A stretch of 33,497 nt of DNA from an uncultured Xanthobacteraceae bacterium (GCA_955652925.1 CATPCO010000693.1:1-33497); one strand, 5' to 3'; counted from the first letter of the stretch, positions 9,577 to 18,382 are shown. Notes: a model not told the origin generated them from the sequence alone. Program-made: numbers and translations.

Positions 9577-9892
9577 TCATCTGCTCAGACAGGCCGCTTG
9601 CTTGCAGCCTCAGGAGAGGTGGCCGGTCGGAAGCGGCGTCATGAGGAGGCCACTCTTACCGCCCCACGACCGGCCGAACCCTACGGGACCCAGGAGATGC
9701 GGCGGACCTGAGCATTCCGCAGGGTTATCAATAGGATAACGACGCGGCAAAGGCCTCGGCATCGCCGCAGAGCCGAGCGAGACCACGCTGCGCCCGGACC
9801 AAAATAGCGCAATGGGGCGGGAAATCAATCATTTACCCTGTGGATTGCGCAGAGAATTTCGTCAACCTTAAAATGGCGGCTTGACAGTTGCG

Positions 9893-11263
9893 TCACGCAG
9901 CGTCTGGGACAACACGGTTGCGGCCGTTGCGCTTGGCCCTGTACAGGGCCTGATCCGCGCGTTTGATCACCGAGGCGGCGTCATCGTTTCCGCCCAGTGC
10001 CGCAATTCCGATGGAAATGGTGACGTCGATTCCCTGCGCTCCCTGCTGGATCGGGAAAGGCTCGCTCGCAATTCGCTGTCGCAGCCGCTCCGCAACGGCC
10101 GTGGCGGCGGCAAGATCGGTTTCCGGCATGACGACCACAAACTCCTCGCCGCCATAACGGCACGCCAAGTCAATGCCGCGGATCGCTTTGCGCACGCGCA
10201 GCGCGAACTCCCGCAGGACTTCGTCGCCGGTATCATGCCCATGCGTATCGTTGACCAACTTGAAATGATCGATGTCGAGGACGAGCACGGCGAGCGGCTG
10301 ACCGCGCGACAGCGCCTGCTCGACCAGCCCTGCTATGTGCGTTTCCATGTACCGGCGATTATGCAGCCCGGTCAACGCGTCGGTGATCGCCAGTTCGATC
10401 GATGTTTGCACGCTGTCGCGCAGCCGCTCGGTATATCGCTTCTTGCGGATTTGGGTACGCACGCGTGCGAGGATTTCATTCTTGTCAATGGGACGAAAAA
10501 GATAATCGTTCACGCCGATCTCGAGGCCACGCACGAGCCGGGCGTTCTCGTCCGCATCGGCGATCGCAAGAATGGGAGTGTTACGGGTGCGTGCCAGGGA
10601 ACGGACCTGGCTACACAGGCGCAAGCCGTCAAAGTCGACAAGCGCAAGCGACACGATCAGCAGATCGTAATTGCCATCAGCGGCTCGGAACAAGGCAGCA
10701 TTTGGATCGGCTTCAATATCGACCGAATGCTCGCCCGCGAGAATGGCTGCCATATGCTCATATGAAAGCGGGCGATCGTCGACGAGCAGGATATGCCCGT
10801 TACGGCCGGCTTCCGTCAATGCTTCACGCTCGCCACCCGTGACGCCGATATCGCGAGAAGCGAGCGCACGCATCCGTAGCTCATCCGTCATCACTTTGAG
10901 GCGAGCAAGCGAGCGAACGCGCGCGATCAGGGCGATCTCGGAAACCGGCTTGGTGAGGAAATCGTCGGCCCCGGCTTGCAGCCCTTTGACGCGATCCGAA
11001 GGCTGGTCAAGCGCCGTGACCATGACCACCGGGATGTGATGAGTCGTCGGTCCGGCCTTGAACCGCCGGCAGACCTCGAAGCCATCCATGTCGGGCATCA
11101 TCACGTCCAGCAGCACGATATCGCATTTGGCGCGTTCGCAAATTGCGAGCGCCTCGTCGCCGCTCATTGCAGTAATGACGTCGAAATATTCCGCCGAAAG
11201 GCGGGCCTGAAGGAGCTTGACGTTGGCCGGCACGTCATCGACGACGAGAACGCGAGCAGTCAT
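9893..11263 (-). CDS. pleD: Response regulator diguanylate cyclase PleD (REC-REC-GGDEF)
   Basis: The N-terminal receiver has the phospho-acceptor context VLLDVMMPDMDG. The second receiver is degenerate: DLLIVSLALVDFDG has Ser at the acceptor position. The C-terminal GGDEF domain has an active site RYGGEEF and an upstream RxxD I-site (RGID). Confidence 0.93.
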   Translation of the reverse strand: MTARVLVVDDVPANVKLLQARLSAEYFDVITAMSGDEALAICERAKCDIVLLDVMMPDMDGFEVCRRFKAGPTTHHIPVVMVTALDQPSDRVKGLQAGADDFLTKPVSEIALIARVRSLARLKVMTDELRMRALASRDIGVTGGEREALTEAGRNGHILLVDDRPLSYEHMAAILAGEHSVDIEADPNAALFRAADGNYDLLIVSLALVDFDGLRLCSQVRSLARTRNTPILAIADADENARLVRGLEIGVNDYLFRPIDKNEILARVRTQIRKKRYTERLRDSVQTSIELAITDALTGLHNRRYMETHIAGLVEQALSRGQPLAVLVLDIDHFKLVNDTHGHDTGDEVLREFALRVRKAIRGIDLACRYGGEEFVVVMPETDLAAATAVAERLRQRIASEPFPIQQGAQGIDVTISIGIAALGGNDDAASVIKRADQALYRAKRNGRNRVVPDAA

Positions 11264-11275
11264 CGGCTCGTTCCC

Positions 11276-11647
11276 TCACGCCGGGCCAAGAAAGTGACGA
11301 ATCGTCTCAATGAACTTTCCTATCGAAATCGGCTTTGACAAATACGCCTCGCAACCGCCTTCTCGAATGCGCTCTTCATCCCCTTTCATGGCAAAAGCGG
11401 TGACGGCGACCACCGGAATAGCCTTGAGCTCGGCATCTTCCTTGAGCCACTTTGTCACTTCGAGTCCTGATACTTCGGGGAGCTGGATGTCCATCAGGAT
11501 CAAGTCGGGATGCGACCGGCGCGCGAGATCAAGCGCTTCGATCCCGTTACGAGTCCCGACGGTATGATAGCCGTGAGCCTCCAAGAGGTCGTGGAAGAGC
11601 TTCATGTTGAGCTCATTATCCTCGACGATCATTACGGTCTTCGACAT
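11276..11647 (-). CDS. divK: Single-domain cell-cycle response regulator DivK (CheY-like)
   Basis: 123-aa protein with [35 protein letters not shown] and [24 protein letters not shown]. It lies 12 nt upstream of pleD, the classic divK-pleD operon arrangement. Confidence 0.92.
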   Translation of the reverse strand: MSKTVMIVEDNELNMKLFHDLLEAHGYHTVGTRNGIEALDLARRSHPDLILMDIQLPEVSGLEVTKWLKEDAELKAIPVVAVTAFAMKGDEERIREGGCEAYLSKPISIGKFIETIRHFLGPA

Positions 11648-12042
11648 CCCCCGTCCTTCCGACCGTCTCCCGTCGGCGCCAGAGCCCGATGAGAGCTTTA
11701 TTCCTCGTCCGGTAGCCTGCAGGAGCGAAGCCAGCTTCGCCGGGTGCTTCGGCGGCCCTGCTCGAATTGGCTCGGGACCTTATTAGCGCAGGCGGATACC
11801 CCGCTTCGATACGCTCATCCGGGCTGCGAACTGTTCGCAAAGCTAGAGCGCATATGTTACGGAAACGCAAATACAACCCGATAGCCAGAAGCAGAATCAG
11901 TCTGAGACGAAAGCCAAAAGAGCCGTAATCTCAGCGGTTTGCCGTCCACACTTGATGGCACGCGCAGATGCGTTGAGCGCACTGCCCGACATTGCGGCGT
12001 GCCGCTCATGAAATGCGGCAATGTTGCGATTCGGCCGCACTT

Positions 12043-12486
12043 TCATGACTGCGCGGGCGCCACATCCATCACCCGCCGGCTCAGTGCGATGTTGAACGTA
12101 TATCCACCGAACAGATCAACCGCTGTGACGAAGATAAGAAGGGCCGCAGCTTCCCAACGCTGTGGTGTCTCGACCAATTGCGGTTTTCCGAATACCACGA
12201 TCAAAACGATCGCAAGCGGGACCAGCGAAGCCATTCCATCGACAACACCAAGAAAGCGGTTGGCGCTCGACGGTAAGCTGAAGGGTATCGAGATGAGCTG
12301 AAAGGTTAAATAAATCGCTGCGAGCCAGGCCATATTGAACCCGAGACGATCGGGCGTGAACCAGCCGAGCCTGCCTTCCATGCTTTTGAATGACCCCGCA
12401 TACCAGAAAAAATACACCTCCCAGGCGGCAAGCCCTAATGCGAGAATGATGCTGATTCCGGCGACGGAAAAACGACCCCTGCGCAT
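12043..12486 (-). CDS. Hypothetical small integral membrane protein (about 4 TM segments)
   Basis: The ORF is hydrophobic (ISIILALGLAAW, FNMAWLAAIYLTFQLI, LVPLAIVLIVVF, ALLIFVTAVDLFGG). ATG 12486 is preceded by GGAGG at good spacing, so I prefer it to the track start at 12507. I recognise no family. Confidence 0.6.
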   Translation of the reverse strand: MRRGRFSVAGISIILALGLAAWEVYFFWYAGSFKSMEGRLGWFTPDRLGFNMAWLAAIYLTFQLISIPFSLPSSANRFLGVVDGMASLVPLAIVLIVVFGKPQLVETPQRWEAAALLIFVTAVDLFGGYTFNIALSRRVMDVAPAQS

Positions 12487-12667
12487 GACTGCCTCCGTGA
12501 GCCCCATGGGTTGGCTCCATCCCTATCCGACAACGTGGCATCGCGTCGAGCGCTTGACCTGGTTTTCCCCACCTGCGCTGTGCTGATCGGATGGCTCAGC
12601 CATGGTTGCTTCGAATACACTGAATAGCTGCACGATTCTGGCACGGACATTTACCCCGAGAGAGCAC

Positions 12668-12985
12668 ATGGGCCGGCATGGCCGAGCAGTAAAGCGCGAG
12701 GGCGCCAAGCGCGCACGCGCTGATGAGCTGGCGGTTGCCGCATTCGAATTTCTCGCCGGCGACCCGGCGAGAATTGCGCGATTTTTCGATATGACCGGCC
12801 TTACTATCGATACTATTCGGACCGCGGCGCAGGAGCCTCGCTTTTTCGCCGGCGTGCTTGATTACGTGATCAGCGACGAGCCCTTGCTGCTCGCTTTCTC
12901 CCGCGAAAGGGGAGTCGATCCGAATGAAACCGTCGCGGCGCGTGATATTCTGATGCAAGACTCCAGGGAGCGCGATACGCCGTAA
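12668..12985 (+). CDS. DUF3572-family protein
   Basis: ELAVAAFEFLAGDPARIARFFDMTGLTIDTIR....FFAGVLDYVISDEPLLLAF matches my memory of the DUF3572 family, which commonly sits next to dinB in Rhizobiales. The start is taken at MGRHGRAV. The track start at 12602 is possible. Confidence 0.65.
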   Translation: MGRHGRAVKREGAKRARADELAVAAFEFLAGDPARIARFFDMTGLTIDTIRTAAQEPRFFAGVLDYVISDEPLLLAFSRERGVDPNETVAARDILMQDSRERDTP

Positions 12986-13021
12986 CCAGCCCACATTGGA
13001 ACCGATACTCGGGCACAGGAT

Positions 13022-14278
13022 ATGTCGGGCTTCTGCCGCGATTGCTGCCGTGATGTGCGCGACGGTGCTGGCCGCTGCATGGCCTGCGGCTCACCGCGCC
13101 TGTTGCGGCATGCCGAGCTCGATACTTTGGCCATCGCGCACGTCGATTGCGACGCCTTCTATGCGACAATCGAAAAACGCGATGATCCTTCGCTCGCCGA
13201 CAAGCCCGTCATTGTCGGCGGGCGCGAGCGCGGCGTGGTGCTCACGGCCTGTTATGTGGCTCGCACATTCGGGGTGAAATCGGCCATGCCCATGTTCGAG
13301 GCGCGACGGCTGTGCCCGCATGCCGCGGTCGTGCGCCCCGATATGGCAAAATATGCGCGCGTGGGACGCGAAGTGCGCGCCCTCATGTCGAAGCTCACCC
13401 CGCTGGTCGAGCCGGTCTCGATCGATGAGGCTTTCATAGACCTCTCCGGGACTGCTCGCCTGCACGCAACGAACCCTGCCAAAGCGCTCGCTGCCTTTGC
13501 TGTCGAGGTCGAGAAGCGTGTCGGCATCACGGTCTCGATCGGGCTCTCCTGCAACAAGTTCCTTGCAAAGATCGCATCCGATCTGGACAAGCCGCGCGGT
13601 TTTGCAGTGCTTGGCAGGGGCGAGGCAGCCGCTTTTCTGGCATCGCAGCCGGTGACATTGATCTTCGGTGTCGGCAAAATGGCCCAGCAGCGGCTTGCAC
13701 GCGATGGGCTGCGCACCATTGGTGATCTTCAACGCGCCGGCGAGCGCGAGCTGTTGCGCCGCTACGGATCCGAAGGGGCGCGCCTTGCGAAACTGGCTCA
13801 AGGCATGGATGATCGTGCGGTCGTGCCCGAGCGCGAAGCGAAGAGCATTTCGGCCGAAACCACCTTCGATCGCGATAAAGCTGACTTTCGAGCGCTGGAG
13901 CTTTGCCTTTGGCAGCTGTCCGAAAAAGTATCCGCGCGCCTCAAACACAATGCGCTTGCCGGCTCGACCGTCGCGCTCAAGCTCAAGACCACTGATTTTC
14001 GCATCCGCACGCGCGCGCAGTCACTCGCGCACCCGACTCAGCTGGCGACGCGGATTTTTGACACCGCCCGAAATCTGTTGGTCGCCGAAGTCGATGGAAC
14101 CATGTTTCGTCTCCTCGGTGTCGGAGTTTCGGCTCTTTCTCCCGCCGATGGATCCGATTTCGCCGACCTGATCGATCGGCGCGCGGCGGAAACCGAGCAG
14201 GCGATCGACCGCTTGCGTGAAAAATTCGGGAAAGGGGCGATCATCAAGGGTCTCGCCTTCGGGCAAGAAGACGGGTGA
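13022..14278 (+). CDS. dinB: DNA polymerase IV (Y-family) with an N-terminal Cys-rich extension
   Basis: Y-family motifs are AHVDCDAFYATIE and VSIDEAFIDLSG. The roughly 30-aa N-terminal extension FCRDCCRDV...RCMACGSP has a CxxC...CxxC pattern. Confidence 0.93.
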   Translation: MSGFCRDCCRDVRDGAGRCMACGSPRLLRHAELDTLAIAHVDCDAFYATIEKRDDPSLADKPVIVGGRERGVVLTACYVARTFGVKSAMPMFEARRLCPHAAVVRPDMAKYARVGREVRALMSKLTPLVEPVSIDEAFIDLSGTARLHATNPAKALAAFAVEVEKRVGITVSIGLSCNKFLAKIASDLDKPRGFAVLGRGEAAAFLASQPVTLIFGVGKMAQQRLARDGLRTIGDLQRAGERELLRRYGSEGARLAKLAQGMDDRAVVPEREAKSISAETTFDRDKADFRALELCLWQLSEKVSARLKHNALAGSTVALKLKTTDFRIRTRAQSLAHPTQLATRIFDTARNLLVAEVDGTMFRLLGVGVSALSPADGSDFADLIDRRAAETEQAIDRLREKFGKGAIIKGLAFGQEDG

Positions 14279-14362
14279 GCACTTTGACAATGAAAAGAAG
14301 CTTTTGCTGGTTTTAATTACAGGAGGGCAGGTAGAGCACGAAAATGAACTCGACCGAGCGCC

Positions 14363-15208
14363 TCACCGACATGGCTTCGTATCCCTGATCGCAAGGGACG
14401 TGAGCTCCCCACTGATGGCAAAATCGTTGTAATCGAGCATCAGCGCCCGCGATATTCCGTTTTCATAGAGCTCAAACGTGATTGCATAGACCGGGGGTTG
14501 ATCCGATTTACTGCCGGCTCTGTCGAAATAACTCACCGTCACCGGCCAGCGTCGTAGTCCCACGAGCGACGGCTGGCCGGCCGCCGCATCCGCGGGTGGG
14601 TGCTCCTCCGCGGCAATCCCGCGGCCGATCACGGTCAGCGTATTGTACACCTTCTCACCTTTGTCCGAGCCGTCGTAGACCGGCAGTTCGAGCAGGCTCT
14701 TTTCCTCGCGCGCGGCATCGATGATCCGGCGCATGTGCTCGGTCGGAAAGACGATTGCGGCTTCAAGATCGAACTTCTTGTCCACCGGCTTGGCCAGGGT
14801 GACCGTAAGTTGACTCGTCTCCCGTTCGGCTTGCCCGTCCACGGAGTCGATCAGCGCCTCGTTGAGATAGTTCTGCGATTTGAAAACGAACTTCCTTGCC
14901 GTCCCCTCCTCCCAGCTGGTGGAGCGCAGGTCGCTGAGTGTCGATTTGCCTTCGCCGTTATCGAGTTCCGAGACCTGCCGGAATTGGAGCGCATAGCCTT
15001 CACACGAGCTGCCCGAGAAATCGTAAAGAATTCTGCCCCGTGCCGACATCGCGGAGGAATTTCCGCGCGTCTGCGCAAGCTTGAGCTCGTAGATGGCACG
15101 GTGGGATGCAAACTCCATCCCGGCCGCGGGCCCGCAGCTCAGCCCCAACCAGGAAAGCGCGGCTGCGCTGGCCGCGCTCGCGAGAGCAGCTTTGCCGAAA
15201 ATCTTCAT
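14363..15208 (-). CDS. DUF1849 / EipB-like periplasmic cell-envelope-integrity protein
   Basis: ATG 15208 follows a GAGGAGG RBS and yields the signal peptide MKIFGKAALASAASAAALSWLGLSCGPAAG. The core HRAIYELKL...RGRILYDFSGSSCEGYALQFRQVSEL resembles DUF1849. The longer track start at 15346 has no RBS. Confidence 0.7.
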   Translation of the reverse strand: MKIFGKAALASAASAAALSWLGLSCGPAAGMEFASHRAIYELKLAQTRGNSSAMSARGRILYDFSGSSCEGYALQFRQVSELDNGEGKSTLSDLRSTSWEEGTARKFVFKSQNYLNEALIDSVDGQAERETSQLTVTLAKPVDKKFDLEAAIVFPTEHMRRIIDAAREEKSLLELPVYDGSDKGEKVYNTLTVIGRGIAAEEHPPADAAAGQPSLVGLRRWPVTVSYFDRAGSKSDQPPVYAITFELYENGISRALMLDYNDFAISGELTSLAIRDTKPCR

Positions 15209-15382
15209 GGCAGAGGGCCTCCTCGCCGCCCGTGCGGCGCAACATAGGGGTGGCACTTGCTCCCTGCAACCGACCACGAGCTCTTGCATGCGATCATCCA
15301 ATGGTGAAGAACGAAGCGGTCGGCGCCGCGCCGATTTTTCCATCAATCGCGGAAGGACACGTTACATCGAGAGGAAAGGACT

Positions 15383-15850
15383 ATGGCCGGAACCGTTGAA
15401 CGAAAGCTTTCGGAGCTTGGAGTTTCCCTTCCCACCCCGGCAACTCCGGTCGCCAACTATATTCCCTTCGTTCGTGTCGGCGCCTTGCTGTTCGTTTCGG
15501 GACAGATCTGCCTTGATGCAAGCGGCAAGCCCGTTGCGAAAGGTAAGCTTGGGGCTGGAGTTTCCCCGGACGAGGGCCAAAAAGCGGCGCGCGCCTGCGC
15601 GATCAACGTGCTGGCCCAGGTCAAAGCCGCGGTCGGCGATCTTGACCGGGTGACGCGCGTTGTTCGTCTGGGCGGCTTCATCAATTCGGACCCCGCCTTT
15701 CTGGAGGGGCCGAAGGTCATGAATGGGGCATCCGATCTCATGGTCGCTGTGTTCGGAGATAAAGGACGCCACGCGCGCACGACCGTGGGCGTCGCCGTGC
15801 TGCCCGGCGACGCAGCCGTCGAAGTTGATGGGATTTTCGAGATCGCATGA
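15383..15850 (+). CDS. RidA/YjgF-family protein (reactive intermediate deaminase-like)
   Basis: 155-aa protein with FVSGQ, RVVRLGGFINS and ARTTVGVAVLPGDAAVEVDGIFEI, all typical of the family. A GAGAGGAAAGG RBS precedes the ATG. Confidence 0.85.
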   Translation: MAGTVERKLSELGVSLPTPATPVANYIPFVRVGALLFVSGQICLDASGKPVAKGKLGAGVSPDEGQKAARACAINVLAQVKAAVGDLDRVTRVVRLGGFINSDPAFLEGPKVMNGASDLMVAVFGDKGRHARTTVGVAVLPGDAAVEVDGIFEIA

Positions 15851-15866
15851 CGAAGCAGGGCCGGGA

Positions 15867-16601
15867 ATGGAATGGCTGACCGCCCGGCCGGTCGCACATC
15901 GCGGTCTGCATGACGGCAGCAACATCATTGAAAACACCGCCTCCGCCTTTACCGCCGCCATCGCTGGACGTTACGGCATCGAATGTGATCTGCAGATTTC
16001 CGCCGACGGCGAGGCAATGGTCCACCATGACGAGGCTCTCGGTCGCCTTGCGGAAGGCAGCGCACGGCTCGATGCCGTAACAGCCGCGGAACTTAAACGC
16101 TCACCCTTTAAAGCCGGCACTGATCGGATGATCACACTCGGCGACTTGTGTGATCTTACCGCGGGCCGCACGCCACTCATCATCGAGCTCAAGAGCCATT
16201 ACGATGGGGATCGGCGGCTTGTCAGGCGCAGCACAGACGTGCTCTCAACCTATGGGGGACACGCGGCGGTGATGTCGTTCGATCCGGTGCAGATGGCAAT
16301 GCTATGCGAGATCGCGCCTGGGATCGTCCGGGGCATCGTTGCCGAGCGTGCAGATCAGCGTTATCGACAACATGGGTGTTTCGGTGCAGTGCGCCGTGGG
16401 GCGGCCTATTGCGAGCGCCTCTGGCGCATGCGCCCGCAATTCGTCGCCTATGCGGTCAATGACCTTCCTGCAATAATGCCTACGATTGCTCGAAATGTTT
16501 TCAAATGCCCGGTCCTCGCCTGGACGGTGCGTAACCCGCTACAACGCGAGAAAGCCAGGCGCTACGCCGACCAGATCATCTTCGAGGGTTTTCAGGCATA
16601 G
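15867..16601 (+). CDS. Glycerophosphodiester phosphodiesterase (GDPD) family protein
   Basis: The protein begins MEWLTARPVAHRGLHDG..ENTASAF...GIECDLQISADGEAMVHHD, giving the HRG and E/D/H catalytic pattern. ATG 15867 avoids the overlap with the RidA gene that the track start at 15723 would imply. Confidence 0.85.
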   Translation: MEWLTARPVAHRGLHDGSNIIENTASAFTAAIAGRYGIECDLQISADGEAMVHHDEALGRLAEGSARLDAVTAAELKRSPFKAGTDRMITLGDLCDLTAGRTPLIIELKSHYDGDRRLVRRSTDVLSTYGGHAAVMSFDPVQMAMLCEIAPGIVRGIVAERADQRYRQHGCFGAVRRGAAYCERLWRMRPQFVAYAVNDLPAIMPTIARNVFKCPVLAWTVRNPLQREKARRYADQIIFEGFQA

Positions 16602-16621
16602 GGCATCGACGAGGCTGCGAC

Positions 16622-17857
16622 ATGTCTGCGATCGAACTTGCATTGCGGGCAGCGAATTCCATCGGCGATGTTACCGCCGAGGCCTGGGATGCATGCGCCA
16701 ATCCTCCTCCTGGTCTTTGCGCGGAAAGCATGGACGGCGATTCCAGCCTGCTCCCCCAGAGGGAAAACGAGTTGAAACTGGGACGCGGATACAATCCGTT
16801 CATCTCGCATGATTTCCTTTCGGCGCTTGAGTTATCGGGGTCCGTGCGAGCGCGTACGGGCTGGCAACCCATGCATCTCCTCGCAACCGATGACAAGGGC
16901 AGCTTGCTCGGCGCGGTCCCCTGCTACGTGAAGTCACACTCGCGCGGCGAATATGTCTTCGATCACGGCTGGGCAGACGCCTTTGAACGCGCGGGCGGAA
17001 GCTACTATCCGAAGCTCCAGGTCTCTGTTCCGTTCACGCCGGCGACCGGACGCCGGCTGCTGGCACGGCCCGGAATAAATTCGCAAGGCGTGCGCGCAGC
17101 GCTTGCGGATGCCCTGACCGATATCTGCCGACGAAGCGATGCCTCTTCCGTGCATGTGACATTTCCAACGCACTGCGAATGGGAGCTCCTCGGCTCGCGC
17201 GGCTATCTCAAGCGCACGCATCAGCAGTTCCATTGGGAGAATTCGGGCTATTCCAGCTTCGACGAATTTCTTGCGGCGCTGTCCTCGCGCAAGCGCAAAA
17301 CTATCAGGCGTGAACGCGATGATGCGCTTTCCGCCGGAATCAGTGTCCACTGGCTGAGCGGCTCGGACCTTACCGAAGGCGTTTGGGATGCCTTCTTCGA
17401 GTTTTACATGGAGACGGGCTCGCGCAAGTGGGGCAGGCAATATCTTACTCGCCCGTTCTACTCGCTTGTTGGTCAAAGAATGCGAGACCGCATCCTTCTG
17501 GTCATGGCAAAGCGCAACGGCCGGTGGATAGCCGGCGCGATCAATTTTATCGGTTCCGATACCTTGTTCGGCCGTCACTGGGGCGCGATTGAACACCATC
17601 CCTTCCTGCATTTTGAGCTGTGCTACTATCAGGCAATCCAATATGCCATTGAGAAAAGGCTTCATCGGGTGGAGGCCGGTGCGCAGGGCGAGCACAAGAT
17701 TTCCCGCGGTTATCTGCCGACGACGACATACTCTGCCCATTACATCGCCAATCCGGCTCTGCGGCGGGCAATCGATGATTTCCTCGCGCGCGAGCGCGCT
17801 TATATCAGCGCGGTAGGCGCGGAGCTCGCGGACGCAACGCCGTTTCGAAAAGGGTAA
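16622..17857 (+). CDS. DUF482 / FemAB-like GNAT-fold acyltransferase family protein (COG3146-type)
   Basis: 411-aa protein with NPFISHDFLSALELSGSV..TGWQPMHL and ...LYFELCYYQAIQYAIEKRLHRVEAGAQGEHKISRGYLP, as I remember for this conserved family. Confidence 0.75.
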   Translation: MSAIELALRAANSIGDVTAEAWDACANPPPGLCAESMDGDSSLLPQRENELKLGRGYNPFISHDFLSALELSGSVRARTGWQPMHLLATDDKGSLLGAVPCYVKSHSRGEYVFDHGWADAFERAGGSYYPKLQVSVPFTPATGRRLLARPGINSQGVRAALADALTDICRRSDASSVHVTFPTHCEWELLGSRGYLKRTHQQFHWENSGYSSFDEFLAALSSRKRKTIRRERDDALSAGISVHWLSGSDLTEGVWDAFFEFYMETGSRKWGRQYLTRPFYSLVGQRMRDRILLVMAKRNGRWIAGAINFIGSDTLFGRHWGAIEHHPFLHFELCYYQAIQYAIEKRLHRVEAGAQGEHKISRGYLPTTTYSAHYIANPALRRAIDDFLARERAYISAVGAELADATPFRKG

Positions 17858-17890
17858 TGCTCGCAGTCGCGCAAGCGATCGGAGAGCGCA

Positions 17891-17944
17891 GTTACAACGA
17901 TAGGGCCAAGCGTGTAGGGTGGTTGTTACAACGATAGGGCCAAG
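17891..17944. repeat. Perfect 20-bp direct repeat (GTTACAACGATAGGGCCAAG x2, 34-bp period)
   Basis: Copies at 17891-17910 and 17925-17944 are identical. The second copy ends 2 nt before the GGAGGAG RBS of the HIT gene. Confidence 0.9.
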
Positions 17945-17953
17945 TGGGAGGAG

Positions 17954-18382
17954 ATGATGCCCGCCTACGATCACAATAACATATTCGCCAAGATCCTGCG
18001 CGGCGAGTTGCCATGCCACAAGGTCTTCGAAGACGACAAGTGTCTCGCTTTTCTTGACATCATGCCGCGCGCGCCCGGCCATACGCTGGTTCTACCGAAG
18101 ACCCCAGCGCGCAATATTTTGGATATTGCTCCCGACGACCTCGGCTACGTCATGCAGGTGGTTCAGAAAATCGCCAAGGCGAGCGTCCGGGTTTTTGGCG
18201 CGGATGGGATTACCATTCAGCAGTTCAATGAAAGTGCAGGCGGGCAGGTCGTTTTACACCTCCACGTGCACGTCATTCCGCGACGAGAAGGCGTGGCGAT
18301 GAAGCCGCCCGCCAGTTTCAAAGAAGCGCCCGAGGTGCTTGCGGAACAGGCACGAAAGCTCTCGGCCGCGCTTGCAGGTTGA
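17954..18382 (+). CDS. HIT (histidine triad) family nucleotide hydrolase/transferase
   Basis: Histidine triad HLHVHVIPR, with N-terminal IFAKILRGELPCHKVFEDD. Tandem ATGs lie at 17954 and 17957, and RBS spacing favours 17957. Confidence 0.9.
   Translation: MMPAYDHNNIFAKILRGELPCHKVFEDDKCLAFLDIMPRAPGHTLVLPKTPARNILDIAPDDLGYVMQVVQKIAKASVRVFGADGITIQQFNESAGGQVVLHLHVHVIPRREGVAMKPPASFKEAPEVLAEQARKLSAALAG

Noticed and set aside
9610-9828. 72-aa ORF in the rpmG/pleD gap
   Set aside because: It has no RBS and a Pro/Gly/Ser-rich, non-conserved-looking sequence. I treated the region as non-coding (see finding).
9881-10765. 294-aa plus-strand ORF overlapping pleD
   Set aside because: pleD on the opposite strand has complete REC-REC-GGDEF motifs. 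This frame has none.
12508-13021. Search for an alphaproteobacterial LexA operator (GAAC-N7-GAAC / GTTC-N7-GTTC) upstream of DUF3572 and dinB
   Set aside because: Reading by eye found only GAAT-N5-GAAT (about 12619-12631), which has the wrong spacing and bases. No SOS box is called.
16934-18082. 382-aa ORF antisense to the DUF482/GNAT gene and the HIT gene start
   Set aside because: It overlaps two well-supported plus-strand genes and has no recognisable domain or RBS.
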